Source: Candidatus Bathyarchaeia archaeon (lineage in GTDB: Archaea > Thermoproteota > Bathyarchaeia > Bathyarchaeales > Bathycorpusculaceae). Taken from it: a stretch of DNA of 64,000 nt. Position 1 is the stretch's first letter; every line of letters begins with the position of its first letter. The notes under the pieces are model-generated. The model was not told the origin of the DNA. It did not search any database and saw only the letters and a list, made by a program, of their open reading frames with translations. Positions 26,861 to 37,410 of this stretch are shown one piece after another. Both the position numbers and the translations under genes were made by a program. The stretch lies in NCBI GenBank assembly GCA_049515895.1, contig JBEKTQ010000001.1, forward strand, positions 1-64,000, in the 5' to 3' direction.

Positions 26861-27618
26861 CTCTTCTGCGCGACACGAAACTGATGTTTATCCGCAACAT
26901 GCAGCACACGCTGCGGAGCCCAGTTTTCGTTTTTGTAAGCATGTTCCAGCCGCTTATGTACTTGATCCTGTTTATGCCGCTCCTCAACGGCCTTTCCGGC
27001 GCTCCTGGCTTGCCATCGGGAAAAACAGTTGATGTCTTCATACCGGGACTTTTGGTTCTGCAAGCACTCTTCGGCACAGCCTTCGTCGGATTCTCGCTCA
27101 TCGACGACATCAGAAGCGGAGTAATTGAACGATTCCTGGTCACCCCAGTGAAGCGGCCAGCCATCCTCCTAGGTAGGGTTTTACGCGATGCAATCGTTCT
27201 GCTTCTGCAATGCATCCTAATTACGCTGGTTGCCATCCCGTTTGGACTCAGCGTAAATATCTACGGGTTTTCGCTCTCGCTGCTTCTGTACGCTTTGATC
27301 GGGATCACCATGGCATCTATCTCATACGGCTTCGCCCTCATCTTCAAAATTGAGGATCCACTGGCACCCACGCTGAACACGATAACGCTGCCTGTCTCTT
27401 TGCTGTCGGGAATAATCCTTCCCTTGGCTCTTGCCCCAATCTGGCTTCAGGACATAGCGAAGGTCAACCCGTTCTCATACGCCGTTAATGCTACCCGCGC
27501 ACTATTTGCCGGGAACTTTCAAAACCTCGGAATCGTGGAGGGCTTCGTCATTATCGGTGCACTTGCAACATTGGTGTTCCTATGGGGTTTAAGGTCGCTA
27601 AACAAAATGGCATCATAA
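26857..27618 (+). CDS. ABC-2 type permease (DrrB-like)
   Basis: ERFLVTPV, NPFSYAV; about six TM segments; coupled to the ATPase. Confidence 0.92.
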   Translation: MTLLRDTKLMFIRNMQHTLRSPVFVFVSMFQPLMYLILFMPLLNGLSGAPGLPSGKTVDVFIPGLLVLQALFGTAFVGFSLIDDIRSGVIERFLVTPVKRPAILLGRVLRDAIVLLLQCILITLVAIPFGLSVNIYGFSLSLLLYALIGITMASISYGFALIFKIEDPLAPTLNTITLPVSLLSGIILPLALAPIWLQDIAKVNPFSYAVNATRALFAGNFQNLGIVEGFVIIGALATLVFLWGLRSLNKMAS

Positions 27619-27801
27619 ACAGGGATTCTATGGCGACATATTGTAAGAAAACATGATGCACCATTAGGTTTCCCAAGTAGCGCGCGAGATTGTTAATGCG
27701 GCCAAGCTTTTTGCTGCTTCTTCGGTCAAATTGTTCTCTTCGTTTTCCTCCTAAAGAAAGAACTCACTCAGCAGTAGCTCCCCTCCCGAACTTGCGACCG
27801 T

Positions 27802-30800
27802 TCATGAATAGGTTTGTTGTGGGCCCCAGACGGCGGTGATAGCGTCGCCAGTTATGTACTGTCGAGTGTAAACCCAGCCTACATGGACCACGGTGTTGGC
27901 CGAAGTGCTGTAGAAACCGACGTTATATTGGACATTGCTCCAGTAGCTTTGTTGGCTGTACACGGTTGTTGTTCCATATCCAAAACTCATGGTTCCATCT
28001 GTTCTGTACTGTATGAAAACTTGGGTGGGGGGCGGTGTTTGAGTTTTTGCGCCTATGAAAACCGCGGTTCTTGAGTCGTCCGCAACTCTCCAAACATAAT
28101 AGTTTGCCTTGTTTTCAGGCATGTTTTCATATTGGTTGCTCAGAGTGGGTGTAGTTGCAAGTGAAGCAATCATAGCGTAGCTTGAGTTTTCGTTTGAGAA
28201 TAAGACATTGGCCACAGCCATGTAGCCCTCATATAGGGGGCTAATTCCCGAAATTACTGTCTGTCCATAGATGCCCAGTGGACCAACTGAGGCCACTAGC
28301 TGATAATTTGAGATGCTTCCAGCCAGCATGACATTTCCATCGCTGTTAGTCATAACATCGGACCATTTCCAGTTTTCCGCGTTGAATGAAGCTAAATCCA
28401 GTTGTCCGATGCCTCCGCTGTCTTCGTCGAAAATCATGTCAACGTTGTTACCTGCCAAAATTATTGAGGGAGAACCTACACCCTCAGAGTCCCACGTTGA
28501 GCCACCGGCATAAGTCAAGTAGGGTTCATGGGGGTACATGTTCCAGGATATCAAATTGTTACTCCAATATGAGTAGATGGTGGGTCTTGGCCAATGGGTA
28601 CACACCATGAAGTAGTAGCCGGGTATTGTTGGTAACGTGAAAACAGCGGGACTCTCTAAACCTGCCACGTTCGTTAAAACTGGGTTGCCATTATACTGTG
28701 TCCAATCGTACGGGAAGTTTGACGCCGAAGTTGTTGCCAAGCCAATTCCCGTTTGTGCGCTAAAGTACATGTAGTAAGTGTCACCGACGAGTATCACGGT
28801 TGGGTCATAGACGCATGTTCCCTCCCAACTTTGCGACGGAATCAAAACTGGGTTATCCGCCATTTTAACCCAAGCAAACGGGTCGGTCAATGCATCCACT
28901 GGGCATGAAGCGACTCCTATACTGCTGTTGTGGCCTCCAATCTCAGACCCGTAGAACATGTAAACTGTGGAGCCATCCTGAACCAAACACGGCGCCGATA
29001 CTCCGTTAGGGCTCTCCCACGCCTCAGTTTCAGATAAAATTACCCCGATTGTTGTCCATGACTCTAAATTGGAGCTGTTTGCTAAAGCTATTGTCCAAAC
29101 GCCATTGAATGCACTGAAAGCCATGTAGTAAGTTCCGTCAACATCAATTACCGATGAATCTTTCACTGCGACTGAATCAAACCCAGAACCCGGAGTCATA
29201 ACGGGGTTATCAGCGTAGGGTATGACACCATACAAGTCTCCTTGGCTGAAATCATCTGCGAAGGGAAAAGTGTTGACTATGCTACTTGTAGTAGATGCGC
29301 CAGAGTTGCCATAATAAATGTAAATCACTGAACTTTCCAACCCTAAATTGTCTGAGAGTTGAACCCAGAAAACCGCTAAACCTCCAGAAGTGTAGTTTTG
29401 CATCCAGTAGTTAAGCAGCGTTGCGCCGTCACTGGCGGTAAAACGGACATCACCAAAGTTGGCTTCGCCCAGACGGTTAAGGTAAACTGTGTTCCTGCTG
29501 TCATTTCCGGAACCGTAACTTACGGTGAAATTCACGTCGTACCCAGTTGAAGCGTCCATCAACTGATTGATAACGTGGCTTTTTCGGTAGCTCCACCCTG
29601 TGAGCCAGTTTTCCCCTGGGACAAAGACATTTACCCCGGCGCTTACCGCGCTTATTCCCGTGGAGTGGTCGTGGACAGTTATGGTCTGTGGACCGACACC
29701 ACTTAGCTGTAACCCTGAGAATGTGTGTTGGCCAGCGTCGGCGCTTGTAAAAGTGTATTTGCTTCGGAGCGTGAAAGGCAAGACTGACTGATTATCCGAT
29801 GAAGTGAAGTAGACTGAACCCGTGTAGCTAGGCACTATGTCGCCAAAGGAATCACAGGCCGTTACAGCCACCGCGAAACTGGTGTTAGTGCCAACCGAGG
29901 ATGGTGTGCTGATGGTGAAATGATCAAGGGCAGCCGAGTACTGGTTCGGCGAAGCAACTGTCGCGGGCGGCATTACGTTGTTCGGTGGGTCTTGCCTGAC
30001 TCTGACCCATTTATACTGGAGTGTTGGGGTTGCGCCTGAAGCCGCTTCAGATCCCGCTTTTGAACCAAGGATTATGTACATGTTCTGGCTGAAGTTTCCT
30101 GTTACGTTTTCCACGGCGGCGTAATTGTGTGTGAATTGCACTTCGTTTTCAGTAGAGTCTGTAATGGTGATCCCTGCAATCCAGTAGTTGTCTGCTTTTG
30201 CAGTGAACAGCGCTGTCTCATTCAATAAGTCATAGGAGGCTGAGCTGCCGCTTGCTCCCCAACCGTAGATGGTGTACGATGCGCGGTTAGTGCAGCAAAG
30301 AACCATCGCATTTGAGCCGCTGTTTCCATCCTGTGGGTTTTGAGCGTTACAAATGGTGAACCCCGCTGTTCCAGATACGTTCGCTTTGTCTTCCATGTAG
30401 GTTTCAACGATGTTTCCTGCAGATTCAAAGGGCGTATTGGTTGTGTAAACTGAACCGGCTGTGACTGTGAGACCATTGTTGATTGTTTCGGCGTATGAAT
30501 CAGTTTTGCTCCAAATTGGCGGCAGGTTTGTGCCTGCAAAATTTTGGTAGAAACTGAACACGTTTGCTCCGTTGTCGTATTGTCCGTACGTCGAGGTGTA
30601 CGTTGGCGCCGCTCCCGTGCTTACGCCGTTCATGCAGTTGACTGATGTTGCGTAGATGCATTCGTAAATGGTGAAAGTTCCGTTGGCGACAACGGTGTTT
30701 GGACCGAGGTTTATCCAGTAGATAGACGCGTTGCTTGCACTTGTGAATCCACTTTCTAGCCAGCTGTTTAAGATTTTTCCTTGACCGTCTTGCCAATTAA

Positions 30801-31080
30801 CGTTATCAAGATTACTTGCGTAGCGAGCGAAGTTGGCGTTTGAATCAATTGTTACTTGCTGCTGAAAATCTTTCAGGGTCGCTGCCGACTGCGAATTAGT
30901 TAAGGTTACTGGCTTATAATACAGGGGCGCGTTGCTGTTGACGCCCAAGAAAACAACTTGGGGTTGGGTTGATGATGATTTAACTTTGGGCGCTTGATTC
31001 AAACCGATGAACACGCTAAGAGCAAGAAGAGCCAGTGTTATGAATACAACGACAATTACCGTTCTCGATTTCTTGCCCAT
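27802..31080 (-). CDS. Membrane-anchored surface protein: two DUF2341-like domains, Ig-like domain, GH43/32/130-like five-bladed propeller
   Basis: N-terminal TM; WLTGWSYRKSH...FGDVRFT..DG..LLNYW..IYIYYGN; repeated NPVL...WE...V.DP.V....YYMYFS blades. Confidence 0.78.
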   Translation of the reverse strand: MGKKSRTVIVVVFITLALLALSVFIGLNQAPKVKSSSTQPQVVFLGVNSNAPLYYKPVTLTNSQSAATLKDFQQQVTIDSNANFARYASNLDNVNWQDGQGKILNSWLESGFTSASNASIYWINLGPNTVVANGTFTIYECIYATSVNCMNGVSTGAAPTYTSTYGQYDNGANVFSFYQNFAGTNLPPIWSKTDSYAETINNGLTVTAGSVYTTNTPFESAGNIVETYMEDKANVSGTAGFTICNAQNPQDGNSGSNAMVLCCTNRASYTIYGWGASGSSASYDLLNETALFTAKADNYWIAGITITDSTENEVQFTHNYAAVENVTGNFSQNMYIILGSKAGSEAASGATPTLQYKWVRVRQDPPNNVMPPATVASPNQYSAALDHFTISTPSSVGTNTSFAVAVTACDSFGDIVPSYTGSVYFTSSDNQSVLPFTLRSKYTFTSADAGQHTFSGLQLSGVGPQTITVHDHSTGISAVSAGVNVFVPGENWLTGWSYRKSHVINQLMDASTGYDVNFTVSYGSGNDSRNTVYLNRLGEANFGDVRFTASDGATLLNYWMQNYTSGGLAVFWVQLSDNLGLESSVIYIYYGNSGASTTSSIVNTFPFADDFSQGDLYGVIPYADNPVMTPGSGFDSVAVKDSSVIDVDGTYYMAFSAFNGVWTIALANSSNLESWTTIGVILSETEAWESPNGVSAPCLVQDGSTVYMFYGSEIGGHNSSIGVASCPVDALTDPFAWVKMADNPVLIPSQSWEGTCVYDPTVILVGDTYYMYFSAQTGIGLATTSASNFPYDWTQYNGNPVLTNVAGLESPAVFTLPTIPGYYFMVCTHWPRPTIYSYWSNNLISWNMYPHEPYLTYAGGSTWDSEGVGSPSIILAGNNVDMIFDEDSGGIGQLDLASFNAENWKWSDVMTNSDGNVMLAGSISNYQLVASVGPLGIYGQTVISGISPLYEGYMAVANVLFSNENSSYAMIASLATTPTLSNQYENMPENKANYYVWRVADDSRTAVFIGAKTQTPPPTQVFIQYRTDGTMSFGYGTTTVYSQQSYWSNVQYNVGFYSTSANTVVHVGWVYTRQYITGDAITAVWGPQQTYS

Positions 31081-31477
31081 GCCCAGATCCCTTTAAACTC
31101 CAGATAGCTCTGTTAACGTAATTCCAGCCCCGACTGGAGTACGCAATCTGTTAAGTTGCCTGCATTTTCTTCTATCCCTTCGCGTTTAAAGTTTGTTAAT
31201 TGTCCGGCAAGAATCAAAATTTGGCAAATCAAATTTCCAGATTGGACAGCGCAAGTAATGTACGTTAAGTTTTTATACGTTGCCTGGTGGCGATGTCTCC
31301 CGCACAACATTCGCTCTTTTTCTTTGTTTTGTTGCTCATTTTCTTCTGAGTTCTGGAATAGGGACCGGGGTTTGGTTAAACCCTCCAAGCAGTGGGGACA
31401 TCACCCACATCATCTTTTTTTGCTGAAATCCTCTACAAAGTCAGCTGGGTCGGAAAAATTCAACGCTAGAAAACGTA

Positions 31478-31999
31478 TCACTCTGCAATTGAAACCCAGG
31501 TTGCATTTATGGGTATAGCAATCGCGTACCCTATGTGTGTTGATTGCATGTTAACGTGATAGCCTGCGGTATATTGTAGCATTTTAGAGGTAATCATTAT
31601 TGTCAGTCGTTCATGTATATGGCTAATGTTAGATATTCTATCAATTACGATTGTTTGACCTATGGAATATTTTGTTGGCGTTATGTAATCTGATGTTGCG
31701 TACTTACCGCCTTGCGGAATGTTCTGAGGTGTTGCCAACGGCTCTAAGCCTGTAGTATTAATGGCTATCGAATTTGTTATAATCGGTTCGTTTGCTTGGT
31801 ATGTTTTAATGCCTATGGATACCGACTCTATCTGCTTATCCGTTGAAAAGATGATGTTACTGAGAGCTATTGGATATTTCGATGAAAAGATTGATTGCCA
31901 ATTATATGCGATAATAATTGATGAAGCTACCGCACCAATTATTACGACAGCGATAAGTATTTTCACAATTCTTCGGTTTTTTGTTCTTGACATTGTCAA
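31478..31999 (-). CDS. Hypothetical protein with N-terminal membrane anchor
   Basis: Basic N-terminus followed by hydrophobic helix; 173 aa. Confidence 0.55.
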   Translation of the reverse strand: MTMSRTKNRRIVKILIAVVIIGAVASSIIIAYNWQSIFSSKYPIALSNIIFSTDKQIESVSIGIKTYQANEPIITNSIAINTTGLEPLATPQNIPQGGKYATSDYITPTKYSIGQTIVIDRISNISHIHERLTIMITSKMLQYTAGYHVNMQSTHIGYAIAIPINATWVSIAE

Positions 32000-32182
32000 T
32001 ACTCTGCTGCTTAGATGTTATTTAGTCATAGCGTTTCTATAATTTCTATAGAGCAGATTTCTTGACTCTTAGAATTCCCATCCACAGGAGACATTGCCCG
32101 CGATCCTCGCTTTTTTTTAAAATTCAGCATCGTTCTTAGCTTACGTTTCCAACTGCAAACTGACAAACCTTAAATGCAGATT

Positions 32183-33160
32183 CTAGTCGTCTATTGTTTC
32201 AATCATGGGTTGACCGCAACGTACAGGAGCCTTTTGCTCGAAGAGTAGCGGCAAACCCACCAGTGGAATCGACAGTAGCCACAAGTTCAAGTTATGCCCC
32301 AAGAACCACTCGTACCAGTTGCTCCAGGTTTGGTCTCTTCCGAAGAAAATCCATGTAAGGTAATTCCAAAGGTAGAACAAGCCCAATGCAATGGTAATGG
32401 CGCCGATTGTTTTAAGTTTAAGTTTTTCCACAATTTCTGTTCCGATAGATTTTTTCGCGAAGTACGCCGTGAAAACTGTTAGTGCAAGCATGCCGATTGT
32501 GGTTAAGGCGAAACTAAGCAGATTTTCTGGATAAGAAGTCAAATACTTCATTCCTTGTCGCATTACGGTTGATGCCCACAGGGCAGTGTTAGTGAGCCAA
32601 AAAACCAAAATGTAAACCGTGCCCGCAATCAACCCCCACTTTATTGCCCCCTTCGCTGGCTTGTTTGGGTTCAACTCGTAGGACAGTTTAAACAAGACAA
32701 CGGGAATAGAAATGGATTCTACGAGTAATGGTATTTCATTTATTAGAATGGAAGTCAAAACCGGGAGAGTCGAGATATGACTGTCAACGCGCCACATGGC
32801 GAAACCTTCCGTGGAAAATAAGGGTAGAACGCCTGAAGCCAAGAGCCCCAGCCAGTAAATCGCCTCTCCAATCAACACCACCGTCAACACCTTCATTGTC
32901 CTTTGTGTCGAAAGCCCTTTCTTTACAAAGTAGAGAATCGCCCCCGCGAAAGCGATGGTGCTGGCTACGAGTCTGAAAGCAATTCCAATGGTCGCTGATA
33001 TGTCTTCGACGAAAATGACGAACCTGAAGGAGCCGCTGAAAGATTCCCATTCGCCAATCCAAGAGAGGGTAAACATTGCATGGAACGTGAACAGGAAATA
33101 AGCTAAGGCGACGGTGAGGAACCCGATTTTTAGCGGCGAATAGAATTTTTTCTCGGTCAT
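32183..33160 (-). CDS. Polytopic membrane protein of unknown function
   Basis: About 8 hydrophobic segments, 325 aa. Confidence 0.75.
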   Translation of the reverse strand: MTEKKFYSPLKIGFLTVALAYFLFTFHAMFTLSWIGEWESFSGSFRFVIFVEDISATIGIAFRLVASTIAFAGAILYFVKKGLSTQRTMKVLTVVLIGEAIYWLGLLASGVLPLFSTEGFAMWRVDSHISTLPVLTSILINEIPLLVESISIPVVLFKLSYELNPNKPAKGAIKWGLIAGTVYILVFWLTNTALWASTVMRQGMKYLTSYPENLLSFALTTIGMLALTVFTAYFAKKSIGTEIVEKLKLKTIGAITIALGLFYLWNYLTWIFFGRDQTWSNWYEWFLGHNLNLWLLSIPLVGLPLLFEQKAPVRCGQPMIETIDD

Positions 33161-33415
33161 ATGTGCTTAACCAACAAATAGAAGCCTCTTCGCCTATATT
33201 GTATTAGGTTTGCAGTTCAAGCTGCCTGCCCAAATTCAGGGAAGATGGCCCATTCTTGCCTTGTTAACCATTTGTCCAGCTGTGTCAGCGAATCTGAGAA
33301 ACAAAATTTTGTTATGCTGCTAATTGATAAGCTCTGAAGTATTGAAGCGTCCGCGAAAAAAATTCCAATGACCTCGACATAACAAAGACGTTTTTTGGTG
33401 AGTTGAAAGTTACCT

Positions 33416-34531
33416 TTAAGAAAAAGCTTTAGTCTTTATTTTTTTCTTGAAAGCAATGGACAAAAGTGTTGCAATGACTAGTGAAAAGGCAGCCCATGTG
33501 GGTAACTCTGGAACTGGTGTAGTAGAGGAAGTGCTTAGATTTGTGGTGCTAAAGGGCGTGTATTGCATGTTGACGGTTGAAGCTTTCGTGAAAAGATTAT
33601 GGCCTCCCCCGATTGCGTATAAAGTATTGTTCACAACGGCTACGCTTAACCAGGCTCGATCTATCGGCATAGAGGCTCCGACTCCCCAAGAATTGTTCTC
33701 AGGAAAATACACTTGATTGGTAACTTGAGCATCTAACGGATAAGTGTCGTTGCACCCGCCCATTACATAGATTGCAGGCAGTACGCCAGCACCGTTTGTT
33801 AGGCCAGCCGCGGCGTTAGAAACGCCCATGGGAATGGCAGCGCCCAGACTCCAAGAATTTGTTTTTGTGTTGTATATTTGGGTCCGATTTGTGGTCACCG
33901 CGACTTCACCGTTGGGGTACGAACCAATTGCTTGCCCGGAAAAAATGTATATTTTGCTATCCACTACTGCAGATGTGTAGTCGGCTACTGGTGTTGGTAT
34001 TGGCGTTTTGGTAGTCCAAGAATCTGTTGCTGGGTCATAAACCTCGTTGACTGCTCCTTTGGGGTATCCGCCTATTAGATAGATTTTATTGTTAACAACG
34101 TTTGCTTGCAACTGGTAAGCCTCATCTGGCATGGGAGTTTTTGTTTCCCAAGTATTCGTTGTTGGATTGTAAACCTCGTTTTGGTTTTGTCCTATACAGT
34201 AGATTTTGTTCTGGTAAACTGCAATACCAAAGCTTGAAAGCGCAACTGGCATGGTTGCTTTTTCAGTCCAAGCATTGGTTGTTGGATCATAGGCTTCGGT
34301 CACGTTTGTACTTGCGGAGGTACCTTCGTTTCCGATGACTATGGGCACGCTGCCGCCTATTGCGTATATTACCTCGTTTACAACGGCCACTCCAAAATCT
34401 GATCGGGCCGTCGGCATTGGTGCTTTTTGAACCCAGGAATTTTCAGACTGCGCCTTCGTGAACTGAATACTAGTTAAGCATGAAGCTGTGAAACCGATAA
34501 GAATGAGGAATAAACCAAGCGTCTTCTTCAT
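33416..34531 (-). CDS. Secreted Kelch-repeat protein with PEF-like C-terminal sorting signal
   Basis: Signal peptide; IYAIGG...YDP..N.W..K.PMP repeats; VPELP + TM + KKK tail. Confidence 0.9.
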   Translation of the reverse strand: MKKTLGLFLILIGFTASCLTSIQFTKAQSENSWVQKAPMPTARSDFGVAVVNEVIYAIGGSVPIVIGNEGTSASTNVTEAYDPTTNAWTEKATMPVALSSFGIAVYQNKIYCIGQNQNEVYNPTTNTWETKTPMPDEAYQLQANVVNNKIYLIGGYPKGAVNEVYDPATDSWTTKTPIPTPVADYTSAVVDSKIYIFSGQAIGSYPNGEVAVTTNRTQIYNTKTNSWSLGAAIPMGVSNAAAGLTNGAGVLPAIYVMGGCNDTYPLDAQVTNQVYFPENNSWGVGASMPIDRAWLSVAVVNNTLYAIGGGHNLFTKASTVNMQYTPFSTTNLSTSSTTPVPELPTWAAFSLVIATLLSIAFKKKIKTKAFS

Positions 34532-34878
34532 AGCTTGATCACATTATGAGGGAGGTTATGGGCCCTTATAGCTCTCCCTGCGGAACACTACCTTCTCAGA
34601 AAAAAAAGCTACTATTCCTTAGAACAAAAGCAAAATTCGAGCCTTTAGTTTTCAGTACCCTCGTATTATTTTCTAGACTACCTGGATTATCACGTTATCT
34701 ATGTTGCCGAATTCTTTGTTACGCCTCAATAGAAGCTCACCGTTCGCGAGCCCGCATCACTCTTGAAACCTAAAAAAAAGAATGTTTATGAACGGAGGTT
34801 TAGCGCAGTCACCGTACTGAAATCTTGAACCAAGAACAGGCCCGCAGTTTCAGTGGAGGCTACAAAGATTTCAAAAGA

Positions 34879-35190
34879 TTACTTCTTCAGTTCCATCACT
34901 ATGAGGTCCAATGTTGAATTTCCGATGTTCTTCACTTCATGATCTTGCGCCTCGAGGAAAAGCACCGAGCCAGTCTTAATCTCCATTTCTTGAGTCTTTC
35001 CTCCAGAATTAAACGTCGCTTTGCCGCCCTTCAATGCATAAACCACGTGATCAGGATGATGATGCATCTTCGCAACAGCACCTGGCTTAAAAACGACTTC
35101 CAGAACGCGCACTCTATCATTTTCATTGAGGCACTTGTAAACATTAGACGCCGCAACCAATGGATCCATTTCCTTCTTCACCAAAAACAT
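34879..35190 (-). CDS. Cupin domain protein
   Basis: ENDRVRVLE...PG...MHHHPD..VY, HEVKNIG. Confidence 0.85.
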   Translation of the reverse strand: MFLVKKEMDPLVAASNVYKCLNENDRVRVLEVVFKPGAVAKMHHHPDHVVYALKGGKATFNSGGKTQEMEIKTGSVLFLEAQDHEVKNIGNSTLDLIVMELKK

Positions 35191-35635
35191 TCACCTTCCC
35201 AAGCAATAAGCCTATGAAAACATTCGCCGCCAGAAACATAAAAGATTGTGACTAACATTACACTACCACAAATAAAACAATATAAGAAATCTCGTGAACC
35301 CGATTCGAGTAAAAGCAAATTCTATGTCTTTTTTTGCCAAAATCAAGAAGAAATAATAATTCTTTCGATGACTAAATGCAATGCAATTACGGATTTTGAT
35401 CAGGTCTTCAATTGTTCTTAAAAAAAAATAAAAAAGAGAAATGAAGGTTTTTTGTAGTTGCCCAGTCAAGAGATTTTTTGAATCTACCTTTTTAGCCAAG
35501 AATGCGAATGTTTCTGATAGTTTTCTGTTTGAAAGGAAAAACTTCAAGCTCTGAAGAATTTCTAATCCATAGTTGGCATTCACAATTGATTTATGTCCAA
35601 AAGTTCTAAGATATGATCAATAGTGAGCGACCAAA

Positions 35636-36589
35636 ATGCACCGTAGTCTTAGCCAGGAGCGAAAAGCAGCGGCACAAATGTATGAAACGTCCGATGTCGT
35701 TAAAGCAACGGTTGATAGTAGGGACCCTTTCTGCGCGATGTTTGAGGAAGCTGTTGACGAGACATTTTCTTCTCTAGGTGAACCCGCAAAAAAAGCAATA
35801 TACATCCATCTGAAAAACTCGTTTGGAATTGAGAAGGGCGAAATTCCCCACAGGATCAATGATTTTTCAGATGCGCTCGAGAAGATTTTTGGACCAGCCG
35901 CCAGAAATCTGGAGATTCTCTGTATGAAAAAAATTCAAGCCAAAACTAGAATTGACTACAAGTGGGATCTGCCCGAATCGAGTGGACCCGGATTGACGTT
36001 TAAAGAATACATGCGCGTCGCTAAGCAGAAATATAAGCAGCAAGAAAGCTATCATGGAGTAGAATCAAAGAGCGCCTCCACTGAGGAAAAGCGGGTAACT
36101 CCAGTAGTTCAAGAAAAAACAGATGAAAGCAAAGTTACGTTAAAGACTGTTGACGTGATGGTCAAAAATGTAGTCACGGTTGATGAAGATGCGTCTGTCA
36201 AAGAAGCGGCTGACATTATGAACCAGTTCGAGATAGGTTCCGTAATCACTACTAGAAAACGGAAACCTATAGGCATAATTACTGAGCGAGATCTTTTGAA
36301 ACGTATAGTCTCCGAGGGCAGAGACGCAAGAAAAACTAGGGTTAAAGAAATTATGTCAACACCGTTGGTTGTTGTTTCACCCGACACAGATTTGGAAGGC
36401 GCGGCACGCTTGATGTTTAAGATGAAGATAAAGAAGCTGCCAGTGGCCGAAGAGAATCGCTTGGTGGGTTTGGTCAGCCTAACAGACATAGCTCGCGCTC
36501 AGCCAATGATAAAATTCTTGCAAGAACTTGCCGCGTCGCAACCTACGCCAAAAAGCATGCAGAAAGTCTTAAATTGCTACATTGTTTAG
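35636..36589 (+). CDS. DUF3227/NitrOD5-like domain fused to a CBS-domain pair
   Basis: EAVDE.FSSLGE..KKAIY.HL...FGI...EIP.RI.DFS.ALEKIFG; GIITERDLL and KKLPV..LVGLVSLTD CBS motifs. Confidence 0.8.
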   Translation: MHRSLSQERKAAAQMYETSDVVKATVDSRDPFCAMFEEAVDETFSSLGEPAKKAIYIHLKNSFGIEKGEIPHRINDFSDALEKIFGPAARNLEILCMKKIQAKTRIDYKWDLPESSGPGLTFKEYMRVAKQKYKQQESYHGVESKSASTEEKRVTPVVQEKTDESKVTLKTVDVMVKNVVTVDEDASVKEAADIMNQFEIGSVITTRKRKPIGIITERDLLKRIVSEGRDARKTRVKEIMSTPLVVVSPDTDLEGAARLMFKMKIKKLPVAEENRLVGLVSLTDIARAQPMIKFLQELAASQPTPKSMQKVLNCYIV

Positions 36590-36723
36590 CGCTAAGCAAT
36601 CGTTTCCGGTAGGATTTTGACCCCCGGCTAAATGGAGATTTCACCTACAAAACCTCTTTTTCTTTTGTTGTTTCAGAGTCACAACCACACACTATTAATA
36701 ACGTGACAGCGCATTTTTAGAAG

Positions 36724-37371
36724 GTGGTGGAAATTTTGTCGGGACCGATTGATATTGTGCGTTGTCTGCATAATGCGTTTCGCCGTGATGTTTTCCAAAT
36801 TGATGATTCAGCATTCAAAATAGCCCGCGGTGGAGGGGACCCAACTTTGATTCTGAACCGGTTGGATATTATGGGTGAGGTTCTGGACTACCATGCCAGA
36901 GGCGAGGAAACTGCGGTTTTTCCCGCCGTAGACAACGTAGCGCCTCTTGTGGCAGAAGCTTACCTAATGGATCATCGTGAACTTGACAGAATGGTTGCGG
37001 GTCTTAAGGAAACTCGTAAAACGCTTGACCCTCTAACGATAGCTAGGGCAACCGCAGCTCTATCTGCACACCTGAAGATTCATCTCGACAAGGAAGATGC
37101 CCACTTATATCCAATCCTCAGAAGAAAAACTACGGAGAGCGAACAAGCCCAAATTGCTGGCTTAATGTCAAAACAGGTGCCTCCTAACAAGTTTCCCACT
37201 TTAGTTCAATGGTTTTTCCCTCTGCTTGACCTCGAAGACCAATTCGTGGTTACCAACGGCTGGATGACTTTGATGCCGCCGCAGGTTTTCGCCGCCCTCA
37301 AACCACTAATTAAGCAAAACACTTCTGAAAACTGGGTTGAATTGACTAGGAGAATTCCCCAGCTAAACTAA
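36724..37371 (+). CDS. Hemerythrin/HHE cation-binding domain protein
   Basis: HNAFRRD, HARGEE..VFP, DH, HLDKED..LYP. Confidence 0.85.
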   Translation: MVEILSGPIDIVRCLHNAFRRDVFQIDDSAFKIARGGGDPTLILNRLDIMGEVLDYHARGEETAVFPAVDNVAPLVAEAYLMDHRELDRMVAGLKETRKTLDPLTIARATAALSAHLKIHLDKEDAHLYPILRRKTTESEQAQIAGLMSKQVPPNKFPTLVQWFFPLLDLEDQFVVTNGWMTLMPPQVFAALKPLIKQNTSENWVELTRRIPQLN

Positions 37372-37410
37372 AAATAAATCCCAAATAATCAGGCATTGGA
37401 AGAACAGTGT

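Noticed and set aside
34816-34866. IS200/IS605 right end or omegaRNA remnant (ACTGAAA...GAACCAAGAA...TTTCAGT)
   Set aside because: Resemblance is loose, the terminal GC hairpin is absent, and there is no tnpA/tnpB remnant nearby
35263-35583. 106-aa F/K/L/I-rich ORF
   Set aside because: Composition reflects AT-rich intergenic DNA between divergent genes; no motifs
36605-36632. tRNA T-arm-like antisense fragment (CCGGTAGGATTTTGACCCCCGG)
   Set aside because: Too short and degenerate to distinguish from chance or a terminator hairpin
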